Shown here piece after piece: positions 43,885 through 55,062 of a stretch of 64,000 bases of DNA. The first letter of the stretch is position 1. Each line of letters begins with the position of its first letter. The stretch covers positions 83,886,001-83,950,000 of the forward strand of contig OX597826.1 of NCBI GenBank assembly GCA_951406725.2. Reading direction: 5' to 3'. A program made the position numbers and the translations under genes. The notes below the pieces were generated by a model, which had not been told where the DNA came from, made no database searches, and saw only the letters and a list, made by a program, of their open reading frames with translations. This DNA is from Octopus vulgaris. Lineage: Eukaryota.

Positions 43885-45170
43885 TACACACAAATGTACA
43901 TGTACTTATTTCTATTACATACACACTGATACACACACACATACATACAAATATACACATATATAGCAATATATATATATATATATTTATATACCAACAC
44001 TATCAGCAATATAAACACACACATGTATAAAAGCATATCACATTCTCATACACACACACCACACACACACACACACATACAACCATATTACAGCCTCACA
44101 TATACATACCTATACACATACATATTACATACTCACTCACACACACACACAAGCCTATTACATTGACACATGTAAAAAGCAACAGGCAGATACACACATC
44201 GAGCAGCAGACAGATTAAGGGATCTACACACTCTCACAATGACACACAGCAACTAAGAAATACACAAGTGCATATATACACATATACACATTTGTGCAAA
44301 TAGACACAGTGTAACAGATATGAATCAACATACAAATAAACCAACATACTCACACACACAAACACAGTTGCACTGTGACACACAAATACACACACGGCAA
44401 TGCTGCAGTATATATATATATATATATATATATATACCAACGTAGCAAACACACACACGCATATATATGAATATACATGCATACATATGCACGTGCATGC
44501 ATGCATGCACACATACAGACACACACACACACACAAACAAACATACACATGAACCAATGGAAGAATATCGTTAATAATTTATTAGTTTCAGGCATGAAAA
44601 TATCTGGAGATCAACTGACAGAACCATGAATATTCAGAAGCAATATGGGTTATTTGCAGGCAAATGAGTCATTAGGCACATGAATACACACACATACGCG
44701 CACACACACACATACACACACACACATATATATATACATACACACTCATACATATACACACACACACACATATATATATATACACACACACACACATATA
44801 TACACACACATACATATATATACACACACACATACATATATATACACACACACATATATATATACACACACATACATATATATATACACACACATACATA
44901 TATATATACACACACACATATATATACACACACATATATACATACACATACATATATATACACACACACAAATACATATACATACACACACACATGTATA
45001 CATACACACACACACAAATATATACACACACATACACACACATAAATATTTACACACACATACATATATACACACATGCACATATATACACACACATACA
45101 TATATATACACACACACACATATATATAGAGAGAGAGACATATATGTACGTACATACATATATGTGTGTA
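43085..45170. repeat. Cryptic (TA)/(CA)/(TG) microsatellite field
   Basis: Directly visible. Confidence 0.9.
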
Positions 45171-45739
45171 TAAAGAAACCTCCGTCTCCTCCTTTGCCTC
45201 CTTCTTCTCTCAAGGGACAACAAAAACAACAACAACATGAACCATGCCAGTATCAACACCAAGAGTGAAAAACCGAAATGCAATAAGCGAAGGCGCCATT
45301 CTCTAAGTAGGCTGCCTCCCATTACAACCCAATGTTGCACACAGAACTAAAAGAACATGGCCTAGCTGATTTCTGGTGGAAAGATGCCTGGCAGAAGACC
45401 AATTTGGTTGAACTTTTTGGAGTCAATGGCTTTTTTTCTTTTTTACAGCCACAGATGGTTATAATGAAAATGACAGGAGTGTGTAAGGGCGGGTGTGTGT
45501 GTGTGTTTGCAGCTTATTGTATTCTGTTGCACAGAGATAATGAAATATATACACTACGACAGATTAACAGTTTCAGCAACAGATTAACCACAGAAACAGC
45601 AGATTCATTACTATAACACCACATTAACCTGTGTAACTAGTGCAACCATAGATTCTAGTATAACTAGTACCAACTATAGATTCACAATACAGTGGAAGGG
45701 GGGGAGGGATCTAATTTACTTTTGATATTTTGCTTGAGT

Positions 45740-45937
45740 ACGAAATGGCAGACTCATTAGCACAAGGGGCAAAATGCTGAGTGGCATCTCGTCTGTTTTT
45801 ATGTTCTGAGTTCAAATTCCACTGAGGTCGGTTTTGGCTTTGATGAAATAATTACCACTTGAAAACAGGGATCAATGTACTTGGTTTACCCCCAGCTCCC
45901 CAAAAATTGCTGGCTTTGTGCCAAAATGTGAAACAAA
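45740..45937 (+). mobile_element. tRNA-derived SINE (28755 family)
   Basis: TGGCAGACTCATTAGC...GTTCTGAGTTCAAATTCC...GGCTTTGTGCCAAAA. Confidence 0.8.
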
Positions 45938-46599
45938 TATTTTGCTTGAAAATTTTGAAGTTCAATATTTGTCAATAGCATTGATTACCATCTTCTTGGA
46001 AACATAATACACACACACACACATGCTCTGTAAGTGTAGAATTGGTCAATTCTGATTGGTTAGTTGCTTTATGGCTGCTCCAAAGTCGAATCTTTCTAAA
46101 TGAAAACTGTAATCGATGCCTTTGCCTCTTCACTTAGAACAGAAGCCATCCACATGGTCGGTCACTTTGCTAGAAATAACAGTCAAATCTTACTTCCATT
46201 TCAAACAAGAAAGATAGTTAATATTGCCCAAAATGTTGTCTGAAAATAAGGCTAAATAGTCATGGCTGGGATGTCAGTGACCATTGGGCAGAGCAGAGGC
46301 TAAACAACAACCACCACAGGTCATAGCCTTACCTGCTAGAAAAAACACCTCATAGAAAGAAGAAAGGTACACTGAATAATTTGCTCCTTGATGCACTACA
46401 CCTGAATATATGATGAGATGGTCACGGTTGGAATGCCTTTGATCACAGATCAATAACATAGAGCTGAACAACAGTAACAAGAGCAGCAGTTTAAGCCAGT
46501 GAGTTTCCTGGTAGTCTCTCAACTTGCTAGAAATAGGTGATAAATTTCACATTCATTAGAAAATGTGGCCTTAAATAAGAAAAAAAATATCTTACAGTT

Positions 46600-46828
46600 T
46601 TAACCCTTTAGCATTTAAGCCAACCATTTATGGCCCTAATATTCTCCCTGTTTTAATGTTCAAACTGGCGAGATCTGGCCTCTCACACCTACTTGACAAT
46701 GTTATTCTAAAAATAAACAACCACATCATCAAAATCTTGAAGCTATGAGAGAATGCAAGATTAGTTCAAAGCAATGACACTAAATAAACATTATATTTGA
46801 CAGAGTAATCTGAATGCTTAAGAATTTA
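46600..46828. mobile_element. Degenerate TTAA-bounded MITE-like repeat (second copy ~42295-42510, opposite strand)
   Basis: Left end TTAACCCTTTAGCATT; decayed right end AATGCTTAAGAATTTA; internal homology to 42295-42510. Confidence 0.5.
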
Positions 46829-47151
46829 GGGTCCTTCATTCTATCTGTACCAATTCAGCCTCATTTCTAACTTCCCAGCACTTCTTGTGTCTTCTCTTTC
46901 AAAAGCATCCTGTGTTTAAATGATAGAATTCTTTCCTCCTCCTCCTCCTCCTCATGGTACATAAACTTATTCCATTTTATGCAATTCAGTTTGGTCCCTG
47001 AGTCAAGAGTTCAATTTCTATCATTGGCACTGCACCATGGCAGGTTGTGAGTCACCAAATAAAGCCTCACAATATCAGCACTCTCTTCCTCAGTCTCAGG
47101 TGAACCAACGTCTTCTGAGTAGAATTTGGTGAAGGGAAACTTACGGACGCT

Positions 47152-47218
<67 letters not shown>

Positions 47219-47429
47219 CACACACACAAAACAATGTCTATGTTTACAAGCTAAAAGCTGGTGTCAATGTTCCCTAAGTGTAGCTGTTCAATATACAGAA
47301 ATCAATAAAACAAATACAAGACTGAAATAAATAGAGGTATTGATGTGATTGATTAAAACCCATCAAAACAGTGTCCCAATATGTCTTCAACCCAACAAGT
47401 GAAACCAGCAAAAGAATAAAAGAATATTA

Positions 47430-47575
47430 ATGTGGCTGTGTGATAAGAAGCTTGCTTCCCAACCACATGGTTCTGGGTTCAGTCCTACTGCATGGTACTT
47501 CTCTTCTACAATAGCTTCGGGCCAACTAAAGTCTTGTGAGCAGATTTGGTAGATGGAAACTTAAAGAAGCCTGTT
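47430..47575 (+). mobile_element. CORE-type tRNA SINE, 5' part
   Basis: TGGCTGTGTGATAAG A-box, GGTTCAGTCC B-box, core ending GGAAACTTAAAGAAGCC. Confidence 0.8.
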
Positions 47576-47589
47576 GTACATATATAAAT

Positions 47590-47975
47590 ATGTGCCGGTA
47601 GCACATAAAAAGCACCATCCGTATGTGGCCGATGCCAGCACCACCTCGACTGGCTTCTGTGCCGGTGGCACATAAAAAGCACCATCCGAACGTGGCCGAT
47701 ACCAGTGCCGCCTTGGCTGGCTTCCATGCCGGTGGCACGTTAAAAGCACCAACTGATCGTGTCCGATGCCAGACTCCCCTGGCACCTGTGCAGGTGACAC
47801 GTAAAAAGCACCCACTACACTCGCGGAGTGGTTGGCGTTAGGAAGGGATCTAGCTGTAGAAACACTGCCAGATCAGACTGGAGCCTGGTGCAGCCTCCTG
47901 GCTTCCCAGACCCCAGTCGAACTGCCCAACCCGTGCTAGTGCAGAAAACGGACGTTAAACGATGATGATGATGAT
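47590..47975 (+). mobile_element. RTE 3' UTR fragment with four tandem structured units
   Basis: GTGCCGGTGGCACATAAAAAGCACC-type unit repeated four times; (GAT)n tail; TA-rich flanks. Confidence 0.88.
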
Positions 47976-48212
47976 ATTTATATATATATATATGTACATA
48001 TATGTATATGCACTTTAAGGTCCTCATGGAAAAACCCACAAAAGCCACAGGTGCCTGAACAACAGGGTAAGAGCCCTTCTCCTTTGATTCCCTTTTTACA
48101 GGGGCACACTCAGAACTGGTCCTTTCACACTGGCCATTCTTCCAACATTCACCAGCCTTTCAATAAACTTGCTACAAGGCAACACTTCCCTCTCCACCTT
48201 CAATAATTTTTT

Positions 48213-48580
48213 TCTTTTTATTTCAGTCATTTGACTGTGGTCATGCTGGAGCACCACCTTTAGTCAAGCAAATCGACCCCAGGACTTATTCTTCGTAAGC
48301 CTAGTACTTATTCTATCGGTCTCTCTTGCCGAACTGCTAAGTGATGGAGATGTAAACACACAAGCATCGGTTGTCAAGCAATGTTGAGGGGGACAAACAT
48401 ATGCACACAAACATATACATACATATATATATGATGAGTTTCTTTCAGCTTCCGTCTACCAAATCCACTCACAAGGCTTTGGTCGGCCCAAAGCTATAGT
48501 AGAAGACACTTGCCCAAGGTGCCACGCAGTGGGACTGAACCCAGAACCATGTGGTTGGTAAGCAAGCTACTTATCACACA
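48213..48580 (-). mobile_element. CORE-type tRNA SINE with a LINE-D-like 3' tail
   Basis: tRNA-like head at 48520-48580, core, and tail GGTGGTGCTCCAGCATGACCACAGTCAAATGACTGAAA. Confidence 0.88.
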
Positions 48581-48641
48581 ATAATAATAATAGTAATAAT
48601 AATAATAATAGTAATAATAATAATAATATTAATAATAATAA

Positions 48642-48855
48642 TTCTTTCTACTATAGACACAAGGTCTGAAATTTTCAAGGAGGGGGATTAGTCAATTACA
48701 TCAACCCCAGTGTTTCACTGGTACTTAATTTATCGACCCCGAAAGGATGAAAGGCAAAGTTGACCTCAGTGGAATTTGAACTCAGAGTGTAAAGATAGGC
48801 AAAAATACTGCTATGCATTTTGCCCAGTGTGCTAATGGTTCTGCCAGCTCACTGC
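48642..48855 (-). mobile_element. tRNA-derived SINE (28755 family)
   Basis: Full reverse match, located between two (AAT)n tracts. Confidence 0.85.
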
Positions 48856-48867
48856 AGCAGCAGCAGC

Positions 48868-48920
<53 letters not shown>

Positions 48921-48922
<2 letters not shown>

Positions 48923-49377
48923 TCGATATAAACGTATCTGTCAAGACCTACCAAAAACTGAGCAAATATAAAGATCTTGAAATAGAAATCAGCAAAATGT
49001 GGAAGCTGAAGACTAAAACAATACCTGTTGTCATAGGTGCCCTGGAAATGATAGCAAAAGGGGCTGATAGCTACCTAACTCAGATACCAGGAAACCCAAA
49101 AATGGCAGAAGTTCAAAAGATAGTGCTCATGGGAACTGCTCATATCCTACGCAAAATACTTTCTTTGTAATCTCAAGGTTTAAAACAAACATAATTTTCG
49201 GTTTAAAAAAAAAAAAAAAAAAAAAAAAGACATTCATTAGTACAACATCACCCCCCCACCAAATATATGGCACACTAGGCATAACAACAACATGAACTTC
49301 CAACCCTGTTATCTCTTGAGGTCTCTGGGTGAGACTTGGAGCCAACTTGTACAAATATAAAGCAAAAGTCAAACATA
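48921..49377 (+). mobile_element. Dong/R4-clade (RLE) LINE 3' fragment
   Basis: RLE C-terminus KLSKYKDLEIEISKMWKLKTKTIPVVIGAL...VQKIVLMGTAHILRK; (AAT)n upstream, (GAA)n downstream. Confidence 0.8.
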
Positions 49378-49473
49378 GAAGAAAAAGAAGAAGAAGAAGA
49401 AGAAGAAGAAGAAGAAGAAGAAGAAGAAGAAGAAGAAGAAGAAGAAGAAGAAGAAGAAGAAGAAGAAGAAGAA
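49378..49473. repeat. (GAA)n microsatellite
   Basis: Directly visible. Confidence 0.97.
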
Positions 49474-49743
49474 TATGTATGGATATGTTTATGTAAGCTA
49501 TTTAGTAGAAATATGAACTGGGCTAATTTAGCTATTTCTTTGAAGATTGACGAAATAACAAACAACCTTACTTGATTTTTAAATCTTATTGGACTTTCAT
49601 GAGAGGCACCTACATCAACCTGATTGATTCCAGAGAAACAAGCAGCCAATTTGTTGATATACTCAACAATTTCAGAAGCTATGGCAAAATGGAGCTACTA
49701 ATTTGCATACCATAACATGTTAACAGTTTATTTAATATCAAGG

Positions 49744-49940
49744 ATCATCATCATCATCATCATCGTTTAACATTCGCTTTCCATGCTAGCATGGGTTGGA
49801 CGTATGACTGAGGGCTGGCGAACCAGATGGCTGCACCAGGCTTCAATCTTGATCTGGCAGAGTTTCTACAGCTGGATGCCCTTCCTAACGCCAACCACTC
49901 CGAGAGTGTAGTGGGTGCTTTTACATGCCCCATGCCGATC
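49744..49940 (-). mobile_element. RTE 3' terminal fragment
   Basis: (CAT)n plus the conserved RTE tail; TA tract at the 5' junction. Confidence 0.85.
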
Positions 49941-51484
49941 TGATATATATATATATATAAAGTAGTGGAAGAAAAATGGGTCAGTGCTGATGACCTTCTA
50001 AGCTCTCTTGGACTGATGAACTTCATGTAGCTAAAACCCAATCCAAAAGAGATGAAGTTAATATCTTCCTAAAACTCAAAAACCATCAATGACGAAGGAA
50101 CAAAATATCCAAAACATTAAAATGGCAGTCGGGGGTGGGGAGGATTATTGGTCAAGTGAAATCAGACCTATGATTAAAGATGTTCCATCCATGAACAATC
50201 TGATTTCTTGTAGATCTAAGACATATTATACAACATGTTCATTCTTTTATAAGACAACGGTGCGAACTGAAGAAATTTGGCTGCTATTTCTAACAGAATC
50301 AAAAGCCCACAAAAAAGGCTCCATGTTGTTTCATGATGGCACCATTACTAGAGAGAATAACTAAGAATCTCAGACAATGATTATTTTTCTGAGGGCAACT
50401 CATTTGCAATTCAGACTGGCCATGGTGCCTAGACAGGTTGCCTTCTCTGTGAATGCAGAAACCGCATCTCTTTTGAGATATTTTATAGATTTCAAGACAA
50501 CTGGTAATGTATTGGGGGATAAAGCAATATCCCGTCAGAATTATTTAATTCTGATCTGATTTTATAGAATATTTTAAATAATGATATCAGAGAATTCCCA
50601 GTAGTAAAAGAGATTGGTGGTGGTAACCTACTGAAACAGAAGAAAAAAAAAATTTGGTTTCACAAATATGTTAAAATATCTAAATAATTGCCAACAAAAA
50701 CCATTTTGGTATCATTTGATTTAATGTAATTTGCGGTAAGGAAGAGAGAGAGAGAGAGAGCATGCCAAAAATCAAAAGAGGATAATTTGATTAAATAAAA
50801 ACAAACGTTTATTTTCACCTTTGACTTTTTTTTTTTTTAAATAAGAACTTGTATATTACAAGTTTTATTTAATTAAACAACAAAACTGCAATAACATCAA
50901 CAAATCAGGAAATTAGGGTAGCGAGAGAGAGAGAAGAATGCCAGACCAAATCCATTAAAACAGTTTAGTTCTGCTCTTTAGTTTCAAAGTTTTGAGTCTG
51001 TGGGGATGAGTTTTATTTTTTGGTTTCTCAATTCTCCAGGTTCAATAAAATGTGTATAAGTAATACACTGGGGTTAAAACCGATCAACTGTGCAATTTTC
51101 CCCAATATCAAAAACCAATCAACCATACTATTTTGCTCAATACCCAAACTGGCTTCAAGCCAAGTGAAAAGGAAATCGGTATTAAAACTAGATGCCAGCA
51201 ACTCGGTTTTTGCTATTGTATTTAAGATAGAAAAGGAAAAGTAATTTAGGAAACAGTTTTATTTCTTAGACTCCACAATGGCATCAATAGTTTTGGAATA
51301 ATGATCTGTTGTTTTTCTCATGAGAAATCACAGAGAAATTTCAAGACAAAAGAAAGCAAGACATACACACACACACACATATTCATAAAATGTTGTATTA
51401 TGTTCAATTAAAGAAGGAAAAGAGAAATCTTTGACAAAAAATATGAATGTATACATGTATATTTATGTATGAATACATTGAAGC

Positions 51485-51540
<56 letters not shown>

Positions 51541-51654
51541 GAGAGAGAGAGTATTACATTTTTAAGGAAATCTTATTCAATGGTTACAATTCTGTGTAGG
51601 TGTCGTGTATTATGTGGTGTGCGTGTGTCCATTTGTGAATGCTGTAGAGACGGC

Positions 51655-52165
51655 TCCATTGCTGTGTGGTTAACAAGACTGTTTCATGACAACATGGCTC
51701 AGGGTTTAATTTCACTGCATAGCATCTTCAACAACCATCTTCTACGACCATCATACTGACCTTTACTGACCAATAAACCTTGGAAATGAAATCTGGTACA
51801 TGTAAATAACATAAAAGTCTGCTGTGTGTGTGTGTATTTACATGTGAAGGAATGTGGCCAAGTGGTTAAGGTATTCAGCTTAAAATCAAAAGGTTGTGAG
51901 TTCAATATCTGGCAGCACATTGTGGCCTTAAGCAAGGCACTTCATTTCACATTGCACCAGTCTACTCAGCTGGCAAAAATGAGTTGTATTTGAAAGGGCC
52001 AGCCTTGTCACATTCTGTGTCATGCTGACTCTCCCTTTCAGTTATGTTAAGGGAATGCATGTCTGTGGAATACTCAGCCACTTTGCATGTTAATCCCATG
52101 AATAATCTATTCCATTGATTGGATTAGCTGGAACACTCACTGTTGTAACCAACAAAGTGCCAATA
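51655..52165 (+). mobile_element. Two adjacent degenerate tRNA SINEs (51655-51815; 51848-52165)
   Basis: A-boxes GCTGTGTGGTTAA and TGGCCAAGTGGTTAAGG; B-box-like GAGTTCAATA; CORE-like CCTTAAGCAAGGCACTT. Confidence 0.65.
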
Positions 52166-52814
52166 ACAATAATGATATGTTTACAGTCACAGTCACACAC
52201 ACACACACACACACACACACCAGACATGGGTCTTGTGTTTTGCAAGAACAAATGAATAATGTCGTTTAGAACATATTTATGTTAATGAAATCCAGATTCG
52301 TTTCGTCTGGCCATCCTCCTGTCCATATGGCTGAGAAACAAAGGTTAAAAGAGGACAAAATTCAAATCTAGGACATGAAACAGATTTTAATCTCCAACAA
52401 TCATGTCCTAATTTATAGAAATATGCATACACAAAAGTACATTGGTATTTTTGAATAATGTAAATATAGAATCTTCGATTTTGTTTATATTTTTTCCTAG
52501 CAGATAATTAATGGCATCAAAGTAAAGGCAATGTCAAGAAAGAACTGAAGTGAGAGAGGGCAATGTCAACATCTACACAACAGCCACACACACACACATA
52601 CAATGGCCTCATACTTACACACAAATATAGCTACGGGCAAGTCATTTGGCATAAATTTTCTGCAAATGAACAAAATCCAAAAATAGAGCAATTTTTATTT
52701 GTTTTTTTTATTAATTTTTTTGTTTGTTTTTTTAGTAAATAAATAAATAGATTTGAAAGGAAAAAACTCACCAATTGAATGATCAAACAAAACTCTGATA
52801 GATGTAAAAGATTT

Positions 52815-52860
52815 ACTCACCTGAAATAGAAGAGAAACAAAAATGGTAAATAAACACATC
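52815..52860 (-). promoter_or_regulatory. Candidate recursive splice site (3'SS directly followed by 5'SS)
   Basis: Minus strand reads ...TTTATTTACCATTTTTGTTTCTCTTCTATTTCAG|GTGAGTAAAT; junction at 52821/52820; about 48 nt free of AG upstream. Confidence 0.6.
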
Positions 52861-53347
52861 AAATGGAAAGACTAACAAGAAACTGGAGAGAGAGAAGGCT
52901 TTGAGAATTAATTTGGTGATGTTTATGTTGTTTATAATAATTATCATTGTCATCACTATCATTTTCCTCCTCGTCATCATCATGACCATCATCATCATCT
53001 CTGTCATTAGTCATCAATCAACACAGTCATCAACATCATTATCATCACTGTTATCGTTATTATTATCATCAGCATCAACATCCTCATCATCACTATCATC
53101 ACCACCATCAGCAGCAGCAGCATTATCAGCAACATCATGCTGAGTCAATAGTAAACTGGGGTAGGAAGGTCGAGGCTTTGTGTGGTTCATATGACTTGCT
53201 GAAGATAGCAGCCAATATTCCATTCAAAATTCTCTCTCCCACTCTCTAAAATGAGGATCACACATTTTAAGATATTAATGAGAGGTGGCCATGGTTTGTT
53301 GAGACAGCTGACACCTCTCAGCTATTATGTCTTCTTCGTATTGAAGC

Positions 53348-53388
<41 letters not shown>

Positions 53389-54841
53389 TATGATAAAGAT
53401 GAAGCCCAAGTCATTTCCCTCGTTGATACGGTGTATACCTTCAGTGCTGATAACAGAATGGAGTTCGGACTAAAAAAGTGTGGTGTGTTAGTCTTGAAGA
53501 GAGGCAAAATCAAATGTATGGACGGGCTAACGATACCGTCGGGGGAGGATATGAAGCAGATAGAAGAGACGGGCTATAAGTACTTGGGGATTTTGGAAAT
53601 GGATAAATTGATGGAGAAAGAAATGACAGAAAAATTTAAGGTGGAGTACTTGCACAGACTGAGACTGATCCTTAAGTTGAAATTAAATGGAAGGAATAAG
53701 ATCAAAGCTATCGACCCCTGGGTGGTTTCACGCCTTAGATATGGAACTTGCATGGACAGTAGATGAACTAAACAGCTTAGACATAAAGACAAGGAAGTTG
53801 CTAACAAGATATGGGTCACACCACCCAAAAAGTGACACAGACAGACTGTATGTACCAAGAAAAAGAGGGGGAAGAGGACTTATTGGAAGCGAACACAGTA
53901 TTAGAGCAAATGAAAACAACATAGCATGGTATGTAAAAAATGCCACAGAACCGCTATTATTAGAAGTAGGAAGGTCAGGCTTGTGTAGGATGAAAGACTG
54001 CAAAGATAAAGCACTACACAAGAAATTGGAAACGAATGATATTGAAAATAGGTGGTTAAAGAAAAGAATGCATGGTCAATTTCATAGGGATGTTGAAGAT
54101 AAGACAGACAGAGAAAAAAGATGGCTGTGGATGACTAAAAGTGATTTAAAACCAGAAACAGAGGCTCTAATCTGTGCTGCCCAGGAGCAAGTGCTAAGAA
54201 CAAACTACATAAAATACAGAATAGACAACACAGCAAAAAGTGCAGTCAATGTACACTACTAGCCCAGAAGGAATATAAGAGATGCCACAACAATATAGCC
54301 AGGCTTGTTTGTCCATTGGACACTTTGCAACAAGTATGGACTTGACAAAGCAAAAAATTGGTATGACCACAAACCTGAAGGCATCGTCGAAAATAGAAAT
54401 ACAAAGATCCTATGGGATTTTATGATTCAGTGCGACCATGAGATAGAGAATAAGAAGCCATACATAGTCTTAATTGAGAAAGAAAACAAACTATGCTGGA
54501 TCATAGATATAGCATGCCCAGCTGACAACAAGGTAGGCGATAAAGAAGGAAGAAAAGTCGAGAGATGACAGGTTAGCTTGGGAAGTTAAGCAGTTGTGGT
54601 TGATGAAAAAGGTAGCAGTAGTACCAATAATTGTCAGAGTCCTGGGAACAGTGAGCAAAAATCTCTACGTGGAACAAATAGGGGCTGGAATATGGGTGGA
54701 GCACTTGCAGAAAACAGCACTGCTTGGAACCACTCGAATACACCGGAAGGTGCTCGAAAAATAAGAGGTGTTACCTTAGTTCACTGGTAGTGAACAGCTA
54801 ACACTGTAGTACATCTCCAGTATTAGAAGCTGTGCAAAAGC
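53389..54841 (+). mobile_element. 5'-truncated Dong/R4-clade (RLE) LINE inserted in (TAA)n
   Basis: Motifs FGLKKC, YKYLG, RLYVPRKRGGRGL, MHGQF, LKPETEALICAAQEQ and RLE ILWDFMIQCD...IIDIACP. The CCHC region is internally deleted near 54245. (AAT)n on both sides. Confidence 0.92.
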
Positions 54842-54879
54842 AATAATAATAATAATAATAATAACAATAGAAGAAGAAG

Positions 54880-55062
54880 AAGTCAATCACATCAACCCCA
54901 GTACTCAGCTGGTACTTAATTTATCGATGGATGAAAGGCAAAAGTGGAAGGATGAAAGGCAAAAGTGATTTTGGTGGAATTTGAACTGAGAACATAGTAG
55001 CAGACGAAATACTGCTAAGCATTTTGCCAAGGGTGTTACCGATTCTGCCAGCTTACCACCTT
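54880..55062 (-). mobile_element. tRNA-derived SINE (28755 family) with a small internal duplication
   Basis: Reverse match; GGATGAAAGGCAAAAGTG occurs twice. Confidence 0.8.

Noticed and set aside
45050-45340. Minus-strand ORF with a hydrophobic stretch followed by an Arg cluster (TM or signal-like)
   Set aside because: Partly built from (TTG)n and GA-rich low complexity, runs into microsatellite, has no strong donor site and no recognisable homology.
46325-46350. Second AG|GTAAG juxtaposition on the minus strand
   Set aside because: Short pyrimidine tract, a competing AG, and it lies within a dispersed repeat.
47590-47815. CRISPR-like repeat/spacer appearance
   Set aside because: The spacers are homologous to each other, the context is a eukaryotic RTE 3' UTR, and there are no cas genes.
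49336-49575. Poly-Glu ORF (and poly-Ile/Asn ORFs at 34628, 48820, 53251)
   Set aside because: Trinucleotide microsatellites, in some cases fused in frame to LINE fragments.
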